Assembly (NCBI GenBank): GCA_026986575.1
Contig: JALSOH010000004.1
Location: forward strand, 512,001 to 576,000
Reading direction: 5' to 3'
From: Thermoproteota archaeon
GTDB lineage: Archaea; Korarchaeota; Korarchaeia; Korarchaeales; Korarchaeaceae
DNA: 64,000 bases
The notes under the pieces are model-generated. The model searched no databases and was not told the DNA's origin. It was given only the letters and a program-made list of their open reading frames with translations. The translations under genes and the position numbers were made by a program. Numbering within the stretch: position 1 is the first letter of the stretch; each line of letters opens with the position of its first letter. This document shows, one piece after another, positions 8,910 to 16,945 of the stretch.

Positions 8910-10436
8910 TTGACCCGGATATCGGACGGGGAACCTCTCGTGAGGATGGAAGGGATAGTGAAGAGGTTCCCCGGCGTCTTAGCGAACGATCATGTCGATT
9001 TTGAGCTACTTCCCGGGGAAATGCATGCTCTCTTGGGTGAGAATGGAGCCGGGAAGACGACTCTCATGAACATACTCTACGGCATATACCAGCCGGATGA
9101 GGGACAAATTTTCGTTAAGGGGAAGGGAGTTAGGATACGAAGCCCCAAGGATGCGATAAGGCTGGGAATAGGGATGGTGCACCAGCACTTCCTCTTGGTG
9201 GACAAGCACACCGTGGCCGAGAACCTAGCCATGGGCTATGCTAGGAGCTTCCTCAATCCCCTGAAAGAGGTAAAGGCTAGGATAAGGGATTTCGCAGAGA
9301 AATACGGAATACAGGTGGATCCCGATGCCTACATTTGGCAACTCTCGGTGGGGGAGCAACAAAGAGTGGAGATAGTGAAGGCCCTCTATGCAGGGGCGGA
9401 CATCCTCATCTTGGATGAGCCCACCTCGGTTCTCACGCCCCAAGAGGCTAGAGACCTATTCAATGTGCTCAGGAGGATGAAGGAAGACGGAAAGGGCATA
9501 GTCTTCATCACACACAAGCTCTCAGAGGTCTTCGAGGTAGCGGACAGGGTTACGGTCATGAGGAAAGGGAGAGTAGTCGGCACGCTCAGGGTGGAGGAGG
9601 CGACCAAGGAATCGCTGGCTAGGATGATGGTAGGGAGGGATGTGGTCTTCGAGCTGGAGAAAGTCCCTGGCAAGCTAGGGAGACCTGTCCTCGAGGTTAA
9701 GGACCTCGTCGTCCTAGGTGATAGGGGAAGAGAGGCCGTCAAGGGTGTCAGCTTCGATGTGAGAGAGGGCGAGATATTCGGCATCGCTGGAGTGGCAGGT
9801 AACGGGCAGAGAGAGCTGGTACAGGCCATAGTGGGATTGAGGAGGGTGAAATCCGGATCTGTGAGGGTGATGGAGGTGGATGCTACCAATAAGTCGCCTC
9901 GAGAGATCGCCGAGCTGGGCATCGGACACATTCCAGAGGAGAGGCTCAAGTTCGGCATAGTCCCTGACATGAGCGTCGCGGAGAACTCCGTGCTGAAGAG
10001 CTACTACAAGCCACCATACAGGAGAGGTCCGTTACTTGACTACGGCGAGATAAGGAAGACTGCCGAGTCTCTCATAAACGAGTACAAGATAGCCGTCCCT
10101 TCACCGGACACGCAGGCCAGGCTCCTCTCAGGAGGTAACATGCAGAAGCTCATAGTGGGGAGAGAGATAAGGAGGGACCCCAAACTCATCGTGGCCTCCA
10201 ACCCGACCTTCGGCTTAGATGTAGGAGCCACAGAATACATAAGAAAACTCCTTATCAGGAAGAGGGATGAGGGAAGAGCTATTCTCCTAATATCGGGCGA
10301 CTTGGACGAGATATTTCAGCTCAGCGATCGAATAGCCGTGATGTTCGAGGGAAGGTTCGTGGGAGTAGTCAGGCCGGAAGAGGTGACGAGGGAGGAGGTC
10401 GGTCTCATGATGTCCGGATCGGAGGTGCTCTCATGA
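8910..10436 (+). CDS. Nucleoside/sugar (CUT2, NupA/YufO-like) ABC transporter ATP-binding protein with tandem NBDs
   Basis: GENGAGKTT, LSVGEQQRVEI, ILDEPT, second domain LSGGNMQK. Confidence 0.92.
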   Translation: MTRISDGEPLVRMEGIVKRFPGVLANDHVDFELLPGEMHALLGENGAGKTTLMNILYGIYQPDEGQIFVKGKGVRIRSPKDAIRLGIGMVHQHFLLVDKHTVAENLAMGYARSFLNPLKEVKARIRDFAEKYGIQVDPDAYIWQLSVGEQQRVEIVKALYAGADILILDEPTSVLTPQEARDLFNVLRRMKEDGKGIVFITHKLSEVFEVADRVTVMRKGRVVGTLRVEEATKESLARMMVGRDVVFELEKVPGKLGRPVLEVKDLVVLGDRGREAVKGVSFDVREGEIFGIAGVAGNGQRELVQAIVGLRRVKSGSVRVMEVDATNKSPREIAELGIGHIPEERLKFGIVPDMSVAENSVLKSYYKPPYRRGPLLDYGEIRKTAESLINEYKIAVPSPDTQARLLSGGNMQKLIVGREIRRDPKLIVASNPTFGLDVGATEYIRKLLIRKRDEGRAILLISGDLDEIFQLSDRIAVMFEGRFVGVVRPEEVTREEVGLMMSGSEVLS

Positions 10437-11506
10437 GGTTGAGAGTGATCAAGAGGATCGAAACGAGCAGAAAGACCGTGATACTTGTGAGGATACTATC
10501 TGTTTTCGCTGCCCTGACGACGGCCTCGATCGTCTTCCTAGTTTACGGCCTAGATCCAGTGGACGTATACTCCTCCATATTCTATAACGCGTTCGCGACC
10601 CGCATAGGCGTGACTGAATCGGTTGTTAGAATGATCCCCCTACTCTTGGTGAGCTCTGGCCTCGCCCTAGTGTTCAGGACCGGGTTCTGGAATATAGGAG
10701 CTGAGGGCCAGCTGCTGGCGGGGGCGATGGCCGCTTACGTGATAGCAGTGAATTACGGATCCCTCCCGTCAGCGTTGCTCATCCCCATACTCTTCTCCGT
10801 CGGGTTTGCCGCTGGAGCTGCTTGGGGTATACCACCAGCGATCCTGAAGGCCAAGCTCAACGTGAACGAGGTCATCTCCACCCTCATGCTGTACTATGTC
10901 CTGTATTGGGTGTTCCAGCACCTCATCCATGGACCTTGGAAGGCCAAGGAGAAGGTCGGACAGCTAACTTACGGCGGCTTCGCTCACACAGAAGTGATAC
11001 CGGAAGCATCCCATCTCCCCCTGATAGATGGCACGAGGATCCACTGGCCCACCCTCATGATAGCCGTGATCACCTCCATCTTGGCCTACCTGCTCCTGAC
11101 GAAGACCCCTTGGGGGTTCGAGATGAGGGCCATGGGAAGTAATCCCGATGCCGCCGCGGCGGCTGGCATGAGCTACATGAGGACCGTGGTTCTGGCCATG
11201 GTGGTGAGCGGTGGCTTGGCAGGGATCGCGGGAGTGGGAGAGCTTTGCGGCGTACAGAAGAGGTTCACCCCAGAGTTCCTCTCCGGATACGGGTTTTCCG
11301 GAATAATAACCGCCTGGCTGGGGGGTAACAATCCTCTAAGCCTGATCGTGACGAATTTCCTCTATGGAGGCCTTTTAGTCGGTGGAGAATACATAATGAT
11401 AACGTACAGGCTTCCCATAGGGGTAGTGGACCTCTTCAATGGGATAATACTGTTCTTCGTCCTCGCTGGCGAGTTTCTGGTGAGGTACAGGGTGGTGAGG
11501 GGATGA
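10433..11506 (+). CDS. ABC transporter permease (BPD_transp_2)
   Basis: WNIGAEGQ, NEVISTLML, GFEMRAMGSNPDAA; ATGA overlap with previous gene. Confidence 0.9.
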   Translation: MRLRVIKRIETSRKTVILVRILSVFAALTTASIVFLVYGLDPVDVYSSIFYNAFATRIGVTESVVRMIPLLLVSSGLALVFRTGFWNIGAEGQLLAGAMAAYVIAVNYGSLPSALLIPILFSVGFAAGAAWGIPPAILKAKLNVNEVISTLMLYYVLYWVFQHLIHGPWKAKEKVGQLTYGGFAHTEVIPEASHLPLIDGTRIHWPTLMIAVITSILAYLLLTKTPWGFEMRAMGSNPDAAAAAGMSYMRTVVLAMVVSGGLAGIAGVGELCGVQKRFTPEFLSGYGFSGIITAWLGGNNPLSLIVTNFLYGGLLVGGEYIMITYRLPIGVVDLFNGIILFFVLAGEFLVRYRVVRG

Positions 11507-12438
11507 TCGAGGTCAAGCTAACCGAGAATATCCTCTGGATAGGCCTGAGATCAGCGACGCCCCTCCTCCTCGCAGCATTAGGTGAGATATACGCGGAGAG
11601 ATCCGGAATTCTGAACTTGGGTGTCGAGGGAATGATGGCAGTGGGCGCTCTGAGCTCCTTCGCGACCGCCCTAGTCACTGGGAACCCGTGGTTAGGAGTT
11701 CTGGTAGGAATGCTCTCCGGAGGCTTGCTAGCGATGATACATGGAGCCATAAGCATTGGACTCAAGGGAAATCAGGTGGTTTCGGGGCTTGCCCTGACCA
11801 TGTTTGGCCTAGGACTCAGCAGCGTCCTCGGAAGGGTTTATGTGGGGAACCAGCTACCGGTGGAGGCGAGGTTCCTTCCGAAACCCGTGGAACCACTATC
11901 GTCCATTCCGGTACTGGGGAAGGTGCTCTTCGACCAAGATCCCCTCTTCTATATCTCCCTGCTTCTGGCCCTGATCATGTGGTTCCTCCTCTACAGGACG
12001 AAGTACGGGATAGTCATAAGGTCCACCGGGGAGAACCCGGCTGCAGTTGACGCGATGGGCATAAATGTGAACAGAGTCAGGTACTTAAGCACCCTAATTG
12101 GGGGGATACTCGCAGGTCTCGCCGGCGCCTACCTATCGGTCGCGTATAATCCAGCTTGGATAGAGAACATGACTGCAGGGAGGGGGTGGATAGCTCTGGC
12201 ACTCGTGATATTCTCACTTTGGGATCCTCTTAGAGCCCTCTTGGGCTCTTATCTGTTTGGCGTCGTGGAGGCGAGTGGTTACACGCTGCAGGCCTATGGT
12301 TACAGCCAATGGCTTCTAAACGGACTTCCCTACCTTCTGACTGTAATAATACTGACTCTGGGAGCTACTGAATCCGTGAGGAGGAGAATGGGGGCTCCTG
12401 CAGCATTGGGCAAACCGTACGAAAGAGAAGAGAGGTAA
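11503..12438 (+). CDS. ABC transporter permease (BPD_transp_2)
   Basis: ERSGILNLGVEG, GENPAAVD, GRGWIALA, APAALGKPY. Confidence 0.9.
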   Translation: MIEVKLTENILWIGLRSATPLLLAALGEIYAERSGILNLGVEGMMAVGALSSFATALVTGNPWLGVLVGMLSGGLLAMIHGAISIGLKGNQVVSGLALTMFGLGLSSVLGRVYVGNQLPVEARFLPKPVEPLSSIPVLGKVLFDQDPLFYISLLLALIMWFLLYRTKYGIVIRSTGENPAAVDAMGINVNRVRYLSTLIGGILAGLAGAYLSVAYNPAWIENMTAGRGWIALALVIFSLWDPLRALLGSYLFGVVEASGYTLQAYGYSQWLLNGLPYLLTVIILTLGATESVRRRMGAPAALGKPYEREER

Positions 12439-12439
12439 A

Positions 12440-12498
12440 TAGGAGAGGCTCGCGACCCCCCCATGAGGTTCAAGCCCTCTACCCGCGGGCCTCTCCTA
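12440..12498. other. GC-rich 15-bp hairpin between permease and binding-protein genes
   Basis: TAGGAGAGGCTCGCG (12440-12454) pairs with CGCGGGCCTCTCCTA (12484-12498); inner GAGG/CCTC stem. Confidence 0.6.
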
Positions 12499-12632
12499 GG
12501 CCACCGCCCACGGCAGCCTCCTACTCCATTCACCTCTTATTTGAAAACTTTTCGGTGCAGGTGAAACGGCTGGGTCATCTTTATGTAATGCCAGCTGGCC
12601 TCAGCCACAACACCCCCCATGAGGTAGTTAGT

Positions 12633-13958
12633 ATGACCTCTACCCAGTGGGCCGCGATAGCGGTAATACTCCTTATTCTGGGCCTGATCGCGGGTTATTT
12701 TGCTGCTCCGAGTCGGGTCACCACGGTCACCAAGACCGTGACTGTGGGGGCCACGGGAGCGCCCGCCAAGACGGTCACGGTAACCCAGACCAAGACCGTC
12801 TCGCCAGAGGGCAGGAAGATAAGGGCCGCTTGGATATACGTGGGGCCGATAGGTGACATAGGCTGGACCTACGCCCACCATCAGGCGAAGGAGATGGTGG
12901 ACAAGAAGTACGACTGGCTTGAAACGACTCATGTGGAGTCAGTAGCTCCTGCCGATGCCGCTGGCGTGATAGAACAGCTCATCTCTCAGGGTTACGATGT
13001 CATCTTCACTACGAGCTTCGACTTCATGGATCCGACACTGGAAGAGGCCCAGAAGCATCCGGATAAGATATTCTGGCACTGCTCTGGGTACAAGAGAGCC
13101 CCCAACATGGGTACTTACTTCGCGGACTTCTACCAAGTCTACTACCTGAACGGTCTCATGGCCGGAGCCCTGACCAAGACCAAGAAGATAGGTTATGTTG
13201 CGGCGCACCTGATACCCGAGGTCGTCAGGCACATAAACGCCTTCTCCTTAGGAGTTAAAGAGGTCTGCGGGGACTGCAAGGTATACGTCAGGGAGATAGG
13301 AGCTTGGTACGATCCCACAAAGGCCAGACAGGCAGCGGAGTCCCTGATATCTGAAGGCGTGGACGTGCTCGCGTTCACGGAAGACTCACCGACTGTCGTT
13401 CAGGTGGCTGAGGAACACTTCCAGAGGGGAGAGCGCGTTCTCGCCTTCGGTCACTACAGCCCCATGGAGAAGTTCGGGAAGGATGTTTGCGTCAGCGGTC
13501 AGCTCGTCCATTGGGAGGTGATATACGATGACATCCTGAGCAAGATTTACGCTGGCTCCTACACACCCAAGAACCTCCAAGATATCGATTACTGGTGGAA
13601 GCTGAAGGAAGGAGCTGTAGAGCTCGGCTGTGCCTACAACCAACCGGTCAATCCCAAGTTCATTGACGAGTTGAGGTCCATTAAGGTGAATGAGAAGATC
13701 CAGCTTCCGAACGGTACAGTGATAGAGAATCCAGACGTTTACACGCTCGTCATGGCGAGGCTCGTGCAGATGGGTGCCGTTTGGACCGGTAAGAAGTGGG
13801 TGTTCGTTAACGACGAGACATTCGACCCGTTTACCGGACCGATATACGATAACGAGGGCAAGTTGAGGGTGCTCCCCGGGCAGAGGATAGGCCACGATGA
13901 GCTCTGGTCCATGCAGTGGTGGGTGGATAATATAGTAGGTCCATCGTTGGGAGGCTAA
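12633..13958 (+). CDS. BMP-family (purine nucleoside) ABC substrate-binding protein, membrane anchored
   Basis: GAGGT SD, N-terminal TM, Thr/Val-rich linker, YVGPIGDIGWTYAH, IPEVVRHINAF, WYDP. Confidence 0.9.
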   Translation: MTSTQWAAIAVILLILGLIAGYFAAPSRVTTVTKTVTVGATGAPAKTVTVTQTKTVSPEGRKIRAAWIYVGPIGDIGWTYAHHQAKEMVDKKYDWLETTHVESVAPADAAGVIEQLISQGYDVIFTTSFDFMDPTLEEAQKHPDKIFWHCSGYKRAPNMGTYFADFYQVYYLNGLMAGALTKTKKIGYVAAHLIPEVVRHINAFSLGVKEVCGDCKVYVREIGAWYDPTKARQAAESLISEGVDVLAFTEDSPTVVQVAEEHFQRGERVLAFGHYSPMEKFGKDVCVSGQLVHWEVIYDDILSKIYAGSYTPKNLQDIDYWWKLKEGAVELGCAYNQPVNPKFIDELRSIKVNEKIQLPNGTVIENPDVYTLVMARLVQMGAVWTGKKWVFVNDETFDPFTGPIYDNEGKLRVLPGQRIGHDELWSMQWWVDNIVGPSLGG

Positions 13959-13961
13959 GCA

Positions 13962-14001
13962 CTTTCTCCCCTCTTTCCTCTCCCCTTTTCTTCCTCTTTT
14001 T
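13962..14001 (+). terminator. Pyrimidine/T-rich tract after the BMP gene (probable archaeal terminator)
   Basis: CTTTCTCCCCTCTTTCCTCTCCCCTTTTCTTCCTCTTTTT between convergent genes. Confidence 0.45.
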
Positions 14002-14008
14002 GAAGGGA

Positions 14009-14881
14009 TTAGATCTCCTTCCTCATCCACTTGTACCTGCTTACCGGCTCGAAGCCAGCGGCCTCGAATGCCGCCCTGTACCTGCACCAAGTCTGCGTAA
14101 CTACCTTGGGCACACCCATTTCATTGGCGAGGGTAACCGCCATCTCAGCAGAGTCAAATATCTGACCGAGACTGGCCCTCTTCGGTCCCCATATCAAGGC
14201 ATAAAGGTGATCATCATCCCTAGTAGGCTGGAACATCGCGAGGATGAGTTGCCACAGTCCCACCCTGACCTTCACGACTCTCGGCGAGGGGAGACCCACA
14301 CTCTCCCTGTCCCACAGTAGCTCCCAAAGGAGGGATGATGGCCTCGTCTGTCCAGCGATCATCTGGGCGGCAGCGGGGAACTCCTCCCTTGTAGCGTTCT
14401 CTAACTTGGGCTGCTCGGGTGCAGGTCTCGCTGGCGCTTCCATGAGCACCTGAGAATCGATCTCCCTGAATCCTAGATTTTCGAAGAAGGGAAGGGCCTC
14501 GGCGGTCGGTATCGTGTCCAAGTGACGCATTCCCATTTCCCTAGCTAGATCCACACACCTCTCAACGAGCTTCCTTCCTACGCCAGTCCTCCTCGCCTCC
14601 TCCTTGACCCAGACCATCTGCAGATATGCGTGCTCTCCTACTGGTGTGAGGAACCTCTCCGGTACGACCTCAGCTTCACCGAGTACCTTTTCATCGGATA
14701 AGGCGACCACTGCCTTGCCACCGGACGAGTAGAGGGCCTCCAAGTACCACCCAAATACTTGGGGATCACCCCAGTACCCGCACTCCTTGATCCGGAGATC
14801 GAAGGTCATATCCTCCCAGTTAGGGCAGTGAATCGAGACGACTTCATCCAACAAATCGTGACTGAGCTCAACTATCTCCAA
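14009..14881 (-). CDS. GNAT-family acetyltransferase
   Basis: Motif A MVWVKEEARRTGVGRKLV and ALPFFENLGF; second degenerate GNAT-like half (AFEAAGFE). Confidence 0.8.
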   Translation of the reverse strand: MEIVELSHDLLDEVVSIHCPNWEDMTFDLRIKECGYWGDPQVFGWYLEALYSSGGKAVVALSDEKVLGEAEVVPERFLTPVGEHAYLQMVWVKEEARRTGVGRKLVERCVDLAREMGMRHLDTIPTAEALPFFENLGFREIDSQVLMEAPARPAPEQPKLENATREEFPAAAQMIAGQTRPSSLLWELLWDRESVGLPSPRVVKVRVGLWQLILAMFQPTRDDDHLYALIWGPKRASLGQIFDSAEMAVTLANEMGVPKVVTQTWCRYRAAFEAAGFEPVSRYKWMRKEI

Positions 14882-15642
14882 GAGGGATCCTCCTCCACCA
14901 GCCAGGCGAGCTCCCTGAAGATCTCTCCCGCCGGCCCTCTCAACCTGATGTTCGCTAAGCTACTTAAATTAGTTTCCTCAGGATTCACTTCCACCAGTAT
15001 CTTCCCTTGCCTCGCCGCGTTGATGGGTAACAGGGCTGCGGGCATGACCATACCACTAGTTCCTACGATGAGGATGACTTCTGCCTCAAGGAAGAGCCTC
15101 TCTGCTCTCTCGAACTGGTCCATCGGGACGGGCTCCTCGAACCACACCACATCAGGCCTAAGAAGTCCCCCACACTCTCTACACCTCGGTAGATCCTCTT
15201 CCGGTGTGTTTCCAAATCCTAGATCGTACCGTCTGCCGCATACAGTACACCTAGTCCTCCATATCGAACCGTGAAGCTCAATGACCAGCTTGGAGCCGGC
15301 TCTCTTGTGGAGCCCGTCCACGTTCTGGGTAACCACGCCGATGAGTATACCCTTCCTCTCCCAGTCAGCCATTACCTTGTGGGCCCAAGTTGGCTCGGCC
15401 CTCGCGATTATGGACATCCTCCACTTGTACCACTCCCAGACCCTCTTGGGGTTGGACTCGAACGCCTGGGGTGTAGCCAACTCCTCGGGCCTGTACCTGT
15501 TCCAGAGCCCGTCCTTACCCCTGAAGGTCGGGATGGCTGCCTCAGCTGAGGTCCCTGCACCGGTGAACGCTAGCACCTTTCCGGAGTGCTCCTTGATAAG
15601 GCGGGCCGCTGAAGACAGGTCCTCAGGAGCTACCTCACTCAC
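14872..15642 (-). CDS. cobB: NAD-dependent protein deacylase (sirtuin, class III/CobB-like)
   Basis: TGAGTSAEAAIPTFRG, TQNVDGLH, ELHG, CxxC...CxxC, LRPDVVWF; YxxR (WYKWR) pocket. Confidence 0.93.
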   Translation of the reverse strand: MSEVAPEDLSSAARLIKEHSGKVLAFTGAGTSAEAAIPTFRGKDGLWNRYRPEELATPQAFESNPKRVWEWYKWRMSIIARAEPTWAHKVMADWERKGILIGVVTQNVDGLHKRAGSKLVIELHGSIWRTRCTVCGRRYDLGFGNTPEEDLPRCRECGGLLRPDVVWFEEPVPMDQFERAERLFLEAEVILIVGTSGMVMPAALLPINAARQGKILVEVNPEETNLSSLANIRLRGPAGEIFRELAWLVEEDPSWR

Positions 15643-16945
15643 CTAACCTCACCTCCGGCGGGGAGCTGGGGTACGGTCTCACCTCTGCCTCAAGGGGACA
15701 CCCTCCCCTGCAGACTTGGAGCAGAGGGCAGGAGAGACACACATCCCCCACGAAGCGGAGCTCCCTGATCTTCAGGCACTCATCGTGATACCAGATCCTA
15801 TCCCAAGGATCCCTCAGGATGTGTCCCAGAACCTTGTAATGGCTCTGGCAAGGTATCACGGATCCATCGGGCTCCACCGCTAGGGTTATGCTGCATGCCG
15901 AGCAGAACTTCGGTCCCAGACCCTCGCTCATTGGATCCAGCTCACAGTACCGGGTCACCCCGTACCACCTGAAGTCCAAGTCCAGCTCCGTGGTGAGCTC
16001 CTTAGCCTCCGCCAACACCCCCCTCATCTCATCAAAGGAGGGCTCCAGATCTCTCAGGTCCCTACCCCTCCCACTGTATATCAGCCTGTTCAGCGAGAAT
16101 CCATCAACACCCAGATCCGCGACGAACCGGATCAGCGATTCCACCGTTTTCATGTTCCTCCTCAGGAGGGTCGCATTAACGCTCACGTAGATATTGAACT
16201 TCAGCAGGTTCTTGAGCCCCTCGACCGTCTCCTTCCAGCTCCCCTTCACTTGGGTTATAGAATCGTGAATCTCTGGATCGCTGGACTCCAAGGTCACCTG
16301 AGCGAAATCCAGTCCGGCCTCGACCAATCTCTCAACCAGCTCTCGGGTCAAGAGCCTCCCATTCGTCACTATTCCCGAGACCATCCCGAGCCTCTGAGCT
16401 TCAGCCACCAGCTCCGGGAGGTCTCTCCTGAGGGTGGGCTCTCCACCGGTGAAAGTGACTTGGGGAACCCCCAGCTCGTGGAACTTCCTTATCACGGCCT
16501 TCCACTCATCCGTGTTCAATTCCTCCCGCTCGTCGGGACTGGAGGAGTAGCAATGGATGCAGGCGTTATTGCACCTGTATGTGAGGGCCAAGTCGACCCT
16601 GAAAGGGGCACCAAGGGTTGATGGATCTGGGAAGGCCGGTTTGAACCCCAGATCGGTTACGGGATCCTCGTACCCCTCAATGAATCTCCTGAGCTTGCTA
16701 ATCACCTCCTCATAGTGCCTCCTCACCTCGTCCCTCCTCATGCCCCTGTAAATCCTCTTCAACTCCCGGTAAGCCTCATCCCATCCCTTACCTGAGAGGA
16801 AGGCCTTCGCGAAGACCGCTGCCGTGTAGTTAAGGTAAGCGACCCTCTGAGCATCTACCACGAGGGCGCCCATGGCTAGGGGATCTATGCGGAGCTGGAT
16901 CCTCCTACCATTCAATTTGAATGTCAGGGATTCCCTCTCAATCAA
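15635..16945 (-). CDS. Radical SAM/SPASM maturase with N-terminal PqqD/RRE-like domain
   Basis: CNNACIHC, FTGGEP, SPASM CSAC...DGSVIPC...CLSCPLLQVCRGGC; N-terminal YLNYTAAVF..LSG...Y...EVRR..EEV; TTG at 16945 overlaps the upstream TGA and follows GGAGGTGG. Confidence 0.9.
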   Translation of the reverse strand: MIERESLTFKLNGRRIQLRIDPLAMGALVVDAQRVAYLNYTAAVFAKAFLSGKGWDEAYRELKRIYRGMRRDEVRRHYEEVISKLRRFIEGYEDPVTDLGFKPAFPDPSTLGAPFRVDLALTYRCNNACIHCYSSSPDEREELNTDEWKAVIRKFHELGVPQVTFTGGEPTLRRDLPELVAEAQRLGMVSGIVTNGRLLTRELVERLVEAGLDFAQVTLESSDPEIHDSITQVKGSWKETVEGLKNLLKFNIYVSVNATLLRRNMKTVESLIRFVADLGVDGFSLNRLIYSGRGRDLRDLEPSFDEMRGVLAEAKELTTELDLDFRWYGVTRYCELDPMSEGLGPKFCSACSITLAVEPDGSVIPCQSHYKVLGHILRDPWDRIWYHDECLKIRELRFVGDVCLSCPLLQVCRGGCPLEAEVRPYPSSPPEVRLGE

